From: Candidatus Saccharimonadota bacterium
Lineage (GTDB): Bacteria > Patescibacteriota > Microgenomatia > UBA1406 > GWC2-37-13
Assembly (NCBI GenBank): GCA_001790095.1
Contig: MGBH01000001.1
Location: 90,001 to 122,000, forward strand
Length of the DNA stretch: 32,000 bases
Direction: 5' to 3'
Shown: positions 1 to 6,549 of the stretch, in pieces
Position numbering within the stretch: position 1 is the stretch's first letter
Layout of the letters: each line of letters opens with the position of its first letter
Notes under the pieces: model-generated
Databases searched by the model: none
What the model was told of the DNA's origin: nothing
What the model saw: only the letters and a program-made list of their open reading frames with translations
Made by a program: the position numbers and the translations under genes

Positions 1-545
1 AGAAGAAAAAATACGTAGAGTTTATCACTGCAGTGCTTTCAGTACCCGTGATGCTTACGGTTATTATCATCAATCTTTCCAATCTTAATCAACAGAAAAG
101 TGCGACCAACAAAGCGGCCAATGACAAAACTACACCGATTCAAGTGATTATCACTGAAGGAAAGCAGGGAGAAAGAAAAGAAGTTCCAATAGATGTACCA
201 ACCACTACATCAGTTCCGTGTACAAGGGAGGTGGGACCAGTCTCTATACTTTCTCCACGTGAAAATGAAGTAGTAGTTCGGGATCCGGTATGTATAACCA
301 TATCAACACAATCAAGCTATTGTTCTGTCATATGGTCTTATCGTCTGGATGACGGTGATTGGTCTGATTTTACGGACAAGAATATTTGCCTACATAATCT
401 GTCAAACGGCAATAAAACGATCCAGTTAAAGATCAAAAGTGCTTTGTCAAACGATGAAGTTACTCTTCAACGATCATTTATTTATCAGGGAAACAACGAG
501 CCTACTTTTGAGCCAAGTCCTGCTACATCCTCAGCTAATTTATAA
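1..545 (+). CDS. Membrane-anchored hypothetical protein, probably 5'-truncated by the window edge
   Basis: The frame is open from nt 3 (KKKYVEF followed by the hydrophobic helix ITAVLSVPVMLTVIIINL). The tracked ORF starts at GTG 33, and ATG 51 is also in frame. Beta-rich, Cys-containing ectodomain with an S/T/P-rich tail. No family recognised. Confidence 0.45.
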   Translation, partial: KKKYVEFITAVLSVPVMLTVIIINLSNLNQQKSATNKAANDKTTPIQVIITEGKQGERKEVPIDVPTTTSVPCTREVGPVSILSPRENEVVVRDPVCITISTQSSYCSVIWSYRLDDGDWSDFTDKNICLHNLSNGNKTIQLKIKSALSNDEVTLQRSFIYQGNNEPTFEPSPATSSANL

Positions 546-583
546 TACTTTTTTATTCTTTAGTACAATTAATGTATTAAACT

Positions 584-1141
584 ATGACTCCTCACAAATG
601 GAAATTGCTTTCAAAAAAAGACATCTCACCTCATAAATGGTTTCCAATAGAGATGAGAACGTATAGCTTGCCGAATGGAAATATATTGGATGACTTTAGT
701 GTAACGACATTGGCTGATGTATCAATGATAGTGCCTGTCACAAAAGAAAAGAAAGTTGTTTTAGTAAATCAGTATAAGCCTGGTGTTGACGAGGTTGTTC
801 TAGAATTTCCTGCCGGACGGATGGAGCCTCACCATAAAGATTTTCTTGAGTTGGCAAAGCACGAGTTGGAGGAAGAGATAGGTATAAAAGTAAAGACGAA
901 TCAATTAAAACATTTTGCAACACTGAGTGGTTTTACTACTAAAGGTTCAGAAAGAGTATGGTTTTATTTCGCAAAGGATTTGGAATTTAATTCAAAGCAA
1001 AATTTGGACTCAAACGAAGAAATAGAAATTGTTCTATTAAACTTTGAGGAGATGGATGAGTATATCTATAATGGTAAAATTTGGACCTCGCAAACGATAG
1101 CTGGATGGATGCTAGCAAAGAAACGTTTTCTTCTGTTGTAA
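584..1141 (+). CDS. NUDIX hydrolase (ADP-ribose pyrophosphatase-like)
   Basis: Nudix-box-like segment GRMEPHHKDFLELAKHELEEEIGI, slightly degenerate. Length and layout resemble NudF/ADPRase-type proteins. Confidence 0.7.
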   Translation: MTPHKWKLLSKKDISPHKWFPIEMRTYSLPNGNILDDFSVTTLADVSMIVPVTKEKKVVLVNQYKPGVDEVVLEFPAGRMEPHHKDFLELAKHELEEEIGIKVKTNQLKHFATLSGFTTKGSERVWFYFAKDLEFNSKQNLDSNEEIEIVLLNFEEMDEYIYNGKIWTSQTIAGWMLAKKRFLLL

Positions 1142-1155
1142 AACTCATAGGGGAG

Positions 1156-1164
1156 TGGTATAAT
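1156..1164 (+). promoter_or_regulatory. Extended -10 promoter box TGgTATAAT, putative promoter of the DEAD-box helicase with a ~120-nt leader
   Basis: TGGTATAAT at 1156-1164 lies in the 147-bp gap upstream of ATG 1289. A small hairpin AAGAGC-tttgc-GCTCTT lies at about 1240-1256 in the leader. Confidence 0.4.
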
Positions 1165-1288
1165 ATAAGTCAAGTAAGTTCTGCTTATTTTGTACTTTCC
1201 AATAGTACTTTTAAGTTCTTCTTAATCTCATATTTTTTGAAGAGCTTTGCGCTCTTACTTCTTTTATCATTTATTTCATGTATTTTGT

Positions 1289-2473
1289 ATGTATACCAAT
1301 CACAGATCTCATTCACGTTTTAATAATAGACCTTCTCGTCAAAGGTCAGGATTCCGATTTAGAAAATCTGCTCCTTCAGTCCAGGACTACATAGCTCGTT
1401 CCTCAGTAAAAACAAGTAGCGTAAAAGAAGTAGTAGCTCAGGAAGTACGATTTGATACTTTAAATCTACCCCCCTCACTTCAAAGAGCGATTACAAATCA
1501 TGATTATAAGGTTTTAACCCCAATTCAGGCTGTAGGAATACCTGCCATACGGGAAGGAAAAGATATAATAGGCATCGCAAATACCGGAACAGGTAAAACC
1601 GCTGCTTTTTTGATACCTCTTGTTGAGAAAATAATGAAAAATCCCTCATACAGAGCTCTTATAATTACTCCAACGCGTGAGCTTGCTCTTCAGATACTTG
1701 AAGAATTAAGGAAATTTTCTCAGAGTTTACCTATTTATAACACTTTGTGCATTGGACAGATGCCTATATACAATCAGATTAGGCAGTTGCAACGTAGACC
1801 GCACGTAGTAGTGGGTACTCCCGGAAGACTTAAAGACCTTATCAATCGTAAGGTACTTCAACTTAATCAGTTTAATATGATTGTATTGGATGAAGCAGAT
1901 CAGATGCTTGATATGGGATTTATACATGACATCAAATATATTATTTCTTTTCTTCCTCCAACTCGTCAATCGCTGTTTTTTTCAGCTACCATATCGACAG
2001 ACGTCAACATGCTTATAAAGTCGTTTGTCAAAAATCCTGTGACCATTTCGGTAAAAAAACAAGAGACAGTAGACATAAGACAAAACGTCGTTCGTGTGGA
2101 AAGAGGATCTTCAAAGCTTGGTACTTTGTCAACATTGCTCAAAAAGGAAGAGTATAAAAAAGTTCTTGTGTTTGGTAGAACCAAGCGAGGAGTTGATAGG
2201 ATTTCAAAAGAACTATATAGTCTAGGTTTTAAAGTTACTGCCATCCATGGAGATAGAACTCAATATCAACGCCAACAAGCAATACGGATGTTTAAAGAGA
2301 ATCACGTTAGCATCATGATAGCTACTGATGTAGCTGCTCGTGGTATAGATATCGCAAATATTTCGCACGTTGTGAACTTTGACGTACCTGAGACGTATGA
2401 AGACTATATTCATCGCATTGGTCGTACAGGAAGAGCAAATACTATTGGGACAGCTGTTACTCTTGTAGAGTAG
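1289..2473 (+). CDS. DEAD-box ATP-dependent RNA helicase (minimal core with an Arg-rich N-terminal tail)
   Basis: Q motif (LTPIQ), motif I ANTGTGKTAAF, Ia PTRELA, II VLDEAD, III SAT, VI HRIGRTGRA. ATG 1289 is preferred over the tracked TTG 1247. The protein ends about 15 aa after motif VI. Confidence 0.9.
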   Translation: MYTNHRSHSRFNNRPSRQRSGFRFRKSAPSVQDYIARSSVKTSSVKEVVAQEVRFDTLNLPPSLQRAITNHDYKVLTPIQAVGIPAIREGKDIIGIANTGTGKTAAFLIPLVEKIMKNPSYRALIITPTRELALQILEELRKFSQSLPIYNTLCIGQMPIYNQIRQLQRRPHVVVGTPGRLKDLINRKVLQLNQFNMIVLDEADQMLDMGFIHDIKYIISFLPPTRQSLFFSATISTDVNMLIKSFVKNPVTISVKKQETVDIRQNVVRVERGSSKLGTLSTLLKKEEYKKVLVFGRTKRGVDRISKELYSLGFKVTAIHGDRTQYQRQQAIRMFKENHVSIMIATDVAARGIDIANISHVVNFDVPETYEDYIHRIGRTGRANTIGTAVTLVE

Positions 2474-2482
2474 ATATCTCTT

Positions 2483-2734
2483 TTATTTTTTCATCTTCCG
2501 AGCCCGTAAAGTAGCTTTTCTGTCAACCGCTCGCTGCTCGCTTTTTCTTTTCAAGGCAGCATATTTATCTGTTCGTCTTTTGTTATCTTCCACTACCTGT
2601 TTTTGGCATGCTGGATTTGGGCAAATCATATCTGTATTGATGATGGTTGAGTTGTCCAATTTTTCTTTCCATATCCTAGATACGATTCGTTCTGTGCCGC
2701 AACGGGTACATGGATTACTGTATTTTTTTTTCAT
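2483..2734 (-). CDS. Small zinc-ribbon protein with a basic C-terminal tail (hypothetical)
   Basis: CTRC...CPNPAC four-Cys ribbon followed by a Lys/Arg-rich helix (KRRTDKYAALKRKSEQRAVDRKATLRARKMKK). Co-directional with the RRM gene. Confidence 0.5.
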   Translation of the reverse strand: MKKKYSNPCTRCGTERIVSRIWKEKLDNSTIINTDMICPNPACQKQVVEDNKRRTDKYAALKRKSEQRAVDRKATLRARKMKK

Positions 2735-2755
2735 ATATATAAATAATTCACTTAT

Positions 2756-2782
2756 CCGTGCCTGGTATGTGCCCAGGCACGG
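2756..2782 (-). terminator. GC-rich perfect hairpin between the RRM gene and the Zn-ribbon gene (terminator/attenuator candidate)
   Basis: CCGTGCCTGG (2756-2765) and CCAGGCACGG (2773-2782) form a 10-bp perfect stem with the 7-nt loop TATGTGC. There is no clean U-tract on the minus strand. Confidence 0.4.
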
Positions 2783-2800
2783 TCTTTATAAGTGCTAAGC

Positions 2801-3097
2801 TTAATAGCTTCTTCTGTTGTTATCTTTTCTGTAGCCGCCGGTTCTTTCTTCTCTTGGTTTGGCCATATTGACCACGATTGTTCTTCCTTCAATTTCTTTT
2901 CCATGCATTTCAAGCGCTTTTTGTGCATCTTCTTCTTTCACAAAAGTTACAAATCCAAAGCCTTTTGATCTTCCTGTATCACGGTCGTTGATGACGATCG
3001 CTTCAGATATCTCTCCGTATTGAGCAAATAATTCCTTAAGAGAGTCATTTGTTATTGACCAAGGTAGACTTCCAATAAATAGTTTGTTTTTTTCCAT
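2801..3097 (-). CDS. RRM-type (RNP-1/RNP-2) RNA-binding protein
   Basis: RNP-2 LFIGSL, RNP-1 KGFGFVTF, Gly/Arg-rich tail. A strong SD GGGGGTG lies 7 nt upstream of ATG 3097, so this start is preferred over the tracked 3118. Confidence 0.88.
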   Translation of the reverse strand: MEKNKLFIGSLPWSITNDSLKELFAQYGEISEAIVINDRDTGRSKGFGFVTFVKEEDAQKALEMHGKEIEGRTIVVNMAKPREERTGGYRKDNNRRSY

Positions 3098-3448
3098 ATT
3101 TTTACACCCCCTTTCCATGTAGGAATAAATATTTTGAATATATGTCGGGTTTGATATAAACTGAATTTTGATATAAGCAGCTTAATGGTGAGTTTATATG
3201 TAGGATATTAAGGATATTATACCAGATTTATTGATAAAAAATCAGTGGATAGAATGAAACTTACTATTTTCTTGTTCTAGTAAGCTTTGTCTTTCTCTTT
3301 AACTTTCTTATAGCCCCATGCATTTTCTTCCCATAGCGGACTTTCACTTTTTTCATGATGATATACTAATAAGTAATACCTAACACTAACAGGTCATACT
3401 CTCAATAGCAACGGCAATAAACTTTCATTTTTTTGATACACTTTATCT

Positions 3449-4132
3449 ATGAAATTTGTACTTGTTGATATAGATGAGACCATGATTTCCGTCCCAAAAG
3501 GCATAAATGCAGCATCTTCAGCAGTTATGTTTGAAAGGGTTTTTGGAGTTTCTGCCCATGAGGAACTAATAGACAATGTAGGCAAAACAGAACAAGGAAT
3601 TATTAAAGAAGTTTTACATAAAGTTGGTGTTGAGATAATAACTATTCCTCAGAAAGCTTATAAGGTATGGGGTGAAGTGACGGATCAGATGCTAAAAACG
3701 AACCCTGTTCGTATATTGCCCGGTATGCTTGAGTTTTTAGATGCATTAAAAAATAATAAAGAGATCTGTCTGACTCTTTTGACCGGTAATTCTCCATGGA
3801 GAGCTGAGGCTAAACTCCAATCAGCCCATTTTGACAGCTATTTCAAAGATCCGGATACAAAAGTACTAAGTGGTGTCTTTGGAGATATGACAGCTAAGAG
3901 AGATGAATTATTTGATTTGATTAAGCAAAAAGCTCAACCGAACGATACTTTTGTCATAGTGGATGATTCTCTCATCGGTGCAAAGATGGCTAAGAAGCAT
4001 GGGGCTCATATGATCATGGTTGCAACAGGTAAAGCAACGGGTGAGGAGTTAAGAGCTTATACTCCAAACGTATTTCCTGATTTTGGAGAAGAAAGATGGA
4101 AGAGCGCTGTTTCTCTTATAGAAAGGTTGTGA
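3449..4132 (+). CDS. HAD-superfamily hydrolase/phosphatase
   Basis: Motif I VLVDIDETM (DxDxT), motif II LLTGNS, motif IV-like VDDS. Confidence 0.7.
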   Translation: MKFVLVDIDETMISVPKGINAASSAVMFERVFGVSAHEELIDNVGKTEQGIIKEVLHKVGVEIITIPQKAYKVWGEVTDQMLKTNPVRILPGMLEFLDALKNNKEICLTLLTGNSPWRAEAKLQSAHFDSYFKDPDTKVLSGVFGDMTAKRDELFDLIKQKAQPNDTFVIVDDSLIGAKMAKKHGAHMIMVATGKATGEELRAYTPNVFPDFGEERWKSAVSLIERL

Positions 4133-4138
4133 TATAAT
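4130..4138 (+). promoter_or_regulatory. Extended -10 box TGaTATAAT, 9 nt upstream of ATG 4148 (leaderless/short-leader promoter candidate for the cyclophilin gene)
   Basis: TGATATAAT overlaps the TGA stop of the HAD gene. No SD lies between the box and the ATG. Confidence 0.4.
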
Positions 4139-4147
4139 TTTTTTAAT

Positions 4148-4759
4148 ATGAAAAGCGAACAAATTATGGCACTAATTGCCATCTTATTATTTGTATTATT
4201 TATAGCATTTATGGTTACAAAAAAACAAGACAATGGAAAAAAGACCGAAACAAAAGAGAAATCTCAGTTGAGTATCGATACCAATAAAACATATACTGCG
4301 GTCATGAAGACTACAGAAGGCGTGATCAAGATTGAGTTTAATGCAAAACAAACCCCGATAACAGTCAATAATTTTGTTACCTTAGCGAAAAAAAAGTTTT
4401 ACAACAATACGGTTTTCCACCGAGCGATCAAGGGATTTATGATCCAGGGGGGTGATCCAAAGGGAGATGGTACGGGGGGACCAGGATATAGATTTGATGA
4501 TGAGAAATTTGAAGGCGAGTATACAAGAGGTACTATCGCTATGGCCAATGCCGGACCCAATACCAATGGGAGTCAGTTTTTCATCATGCATAAAGACTAC
4601 CCGCTTCCCAAAAATTACGTCATATTTGGTCGAGTAGTTGAAGGGCTTGATGTGGTAGACAAGATCGCTGAGACTCCGGTTGTGGATAACGGGATGGGTG
4701 AACAATCCAAGCCTGTATCGCAGGTTGTGATCAAGACGGTTGAGATCGTGGTCAAGTAG
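4148..4759 (+). CDS. Peptidyl-prolyl cis-trans isomerase, cyclophilin type, with an N-terminal membrane anchor
   Basis: FHRAIKGFMIQGGDP and GTIAMANAGPNTNGSQFFI cyclophilin signatures. N-terminal helix IMALIAILLFVLFIAFMV. Confidence 0.9.
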   Translation: MKSEQIMALIAILLFVLFIAFMVTKKQDNGKKTETKEKSQLSIDTNKTYTAVMKTTEGVIKIEFNAKQTPITVNNFVTLAKKKFYNNTVFHRAIKGFMIQGGDPKGDGTGGPGYRFDDEKFEGEYTRGTIAMANAGPNTNGSQFFIMHKDYPLPKNYVIFGRVVEGLDVVDKIAETPVVDNGMGEQSKPVSQVVIKTVEIVVK

Positions 4760-4762
4760 GCT

Positions 4763-4796
4763 CCTTCATGAGATCTTCATGGATTATTAGTATAAT
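4763..4796 (+). promoter_or_regulatory. Direct-repeat operator CCTTCATGAGATCTTCATG plus TATAAT (putative autoregulated promoter of the two-component operon)
   Basis: CTTCATG occurs at 4764-4770 and 4775-4781 (11-bp period), then 9 nt, then TATAAT at 4791-4796. It is 16/19 identical to the site at 6485-6503. Confidence 0.5.
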
Positions 4797-4803
4797 AGGA
4801 GGC

Positions 4804-5487
4804 ATGAGGATCCTATTAGTTGAGGATGAAAAGAGGCTTTCGCACTATATAAAAAAAGGACTTGTTGAAGAAGGTTTTGCAGTAGATCAAGCTTACGATG
4901 GAGAAGAGGGTCTATATTTTGCCAAAGAAGAAACATATGACATCATCATACTTGACGTCATGCTTCCAAAACTAAGTGGGGTTGAGGTCTGCAAGCGTTT
5001 TCGAGGCTTCAAAAAGACAACTCCTATCCTTATGCTTACCGCCCGAAGCGAAACTGAAGACAAAATATTGGGACTTGAGTCAGGAGCAGATGACTATCTG
5101 ACAAAACCCTTCGTATTTGCTGAGCTTAAAGCACGTATCAATGCACTGCTTCGCAGAAGCTATCGCCAAGTTTCAAACATACTAACGATAAGAGATCTGG
5201 AGATAGATCCAACAAAACATTCGGTAAAAAGAGACAAAAAAGATATTAAATTAACCCCAAAGGAATTTGCGATCCTGGAACTTCTTATGCGAAGAAAATA
5301 TGAAGTAGTAACTCGAACACAGGTAATTGAACATGTCTGGGACTATAATTTTGACAGTCTTTCAAACGTTGTTGATGTATTCATAGGGACACTAAGAAAA
5401 AAAATCGATAGGGGACATAAGACAAAACTTATCCATACACTACATGGTGTCGGTTATATGATTTCTGACAAAACGCCAAAAGTATGA
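4804..5487 (+). CDS. OmpR/PhoB-family response regulator (CopR/CusR-like by context)
   Basis: Receiver domain MRILLVEDE...ILDVMLP...LTA...K, and a winged-helix output domain (LTPKEFAILELL...HTLHGVGY). AGGAGG lies just upstream of ATG 4804, which is preferred over the tracked 4768. Confidence 0.9.
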   Translation: MRILLVEDEKRLSHYIKKGLVEEGFAVDQAYDGEEGLYFAKEETYDIIILDVMLPKLSGVEVCKRFRGFKKTTPILMLTARSETEDKILGLESGADDYLTKPFVFAELKARINALLRRSYRQVSNILTIRDLEIDPTKHSVKRDKKDIKLTPKEFAILELLMRRKYEVVTRTQVIEHVWDYNFDSLSNVVDVFIGTLRKKIDRGHKTKLIHTLHGVGYMISDKTPKV

Positions 5488-6482
5488 GACATGTCTTTCA
5501 AACGCTTCGATTTAAGCTTCTCTTTTGGTACTTGTTGAGTCTTGTGATTCTGGGTGTATTTATTATTTTGACCATTCATATCCTGCAATATAAATATAGT
5601 GTTCAGCTTATAATTGGTTTATTCATCTTACTTGCCATAATCGGTTTTGTAGTCGTATATAAAATAACTCAGACCATAACATTTCTTTCTTTTCAAATGA
5701 GACAGATCTCAAGTAAAAACTTGGATAAAAAAATAACTTCTATTAAAGGAAACGATGAAATAGGACAACTGGCAAACTCTTTTAATGGATTGCTTGATCG
5801 ATTAGATAAAGCATTTAAAAGAGAGCGTCAGTTTATTGCTGATGTCGCACATGAGATGAAGACTCCTATTGCTACTCTTCGAAGCAGCTTTGAAGTTACC
5901 CTGCGAAAAGAAAGAACAAATGAAGAATACAAAAAGATGATCAAAGATTCGATTATTGAGACTGACAGATTAACCACAACTCTTAAAGATATTTTAGATT
6001 TGGCATGGAGTGAAGTGCCTAACGAAAAACTAAGGGAGTATTTTAACCTGTCCCAACTTATGAGCGAACTATCAGAGATAGCGCAAAAATTAGCGATGAA
6101 AAAAAACATAACAGTATCATCGAATGTCAAATCTCAGATAACGATAAAGGGGTTCCGCGAACGTTTAGGAAGAGCCTTGCTTAATATAATTGATAACGCA
6201 ATAAAATATACCCCTTCCAATGGGAGAATATACATTGCATTGATTAAAGAACAGAATAATGCACTTATCACCATAGAAGATAATGGTCAAGGGATTGAAA
6301 GCAAAGAATTAGACCATATTTTTGACCGGTTTTATCGAGGCTCCAAAGCTGAAAAGACATTTGGTGCTGGATTAGGTCTGGCTATTGCAAAAGCCACAAT
6401 AAAGATGCATAAAGGAGTAATACAAGTACAAAGCAGGCCCAAGATTGGTACAACTTTTTCAATAGCTATCCCGCTCTCTTGA
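5484..6482 (+). CDS. Sensor histidine kinase of the intramembrane-sensing type (2 TM with a ~7-aa loop, HAMP, HisKA, HATPase_c)
   Basis: H-box FIADVAHEMKTPI, N-box LLNIIDNAIKYT, G-boxes EDNGQGI and GAGLGLAI. ATGA overlap with the regulator gene. Confidence 0.9.
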   Translation: MRHVFQTLRFKLLFWYLLSLVILGVFIILTIHILQYKYSVQLIIGLFILLAIIGFVVVYKITQTITFLSFQMRQISSKNLDKKITSIKGNDEIGQLANSFNGLLDRLDKAFKRERQFIADVAHEMKTPIATLRSSFEVTLRKERTNEEYKKMIKDSIIETDRLTTTLKDILDLAWSEVPNEKLREYFNLSQLMSELSEIAQKLAMKKNITVSSNVKSQITIKGFRERLGRALLNIIDNAIKYTPSNGRIYIALIKEQNNALITIEDNGQGIESKELDHIFDRFYRGSKAEKTFGAGLGLAIAKATIKMHKGVIQVQSRPKIGTTFSIAIPLS

Positions 6483-6484
6483 GA

Positions 6485-6519
6485 CCTTCATAATATCTTC
6501 ATACTCTGTCTGTTATGAT
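6485..6519 (+). promoter_or_regulatory. Direct-repeat operator CCTTCATAATATCTTCATA plus extended -10 TGtTATGAT (putative regulator-dependent promoter of the metal operon)
   Basis: CTTCATA occurs at 6486-6492 and 6497-6503 (11-bp period), then 10 nt, then TATGAT at 6514-6519 preceded by TGt. Confidence 0.5.
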
Positions 6520-6549
6520 GGTACTGATTATCAATTTGATAAAACAAAG

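Noticed and set aside
1081-1323. 80-aa ORF in the helicase leader, and the tracked TTG 1247 start of the helicase
   Set aside because: The sequence is hydrophobic and low-complexity, and it spans the predicted promoter. The helicase most plausibly starts at ATG 1289.
3169-3211. TGaTATAAG box followed 7 nt later by an ATG at 3185
   Set aside because: The ORF is only 8 codons long (MVSLYVGY*), too short to call.
3394-3585. 63-aa minus-strand ORF overlapping the HAD gene start
   Set aside because: It is antisense to the HAD motif I region and has no supporting signals.
6528-6542. 7-1-7 palindrome TTATCAA-T-TTGATAA between the metal-operon promoter and ATG 6550
   Set aside because: It could be a second operator, but short A/T palindromes are expected by chance in this composition. 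It matches no repressor box I know, such as the CopY TACAnnTGTA box.
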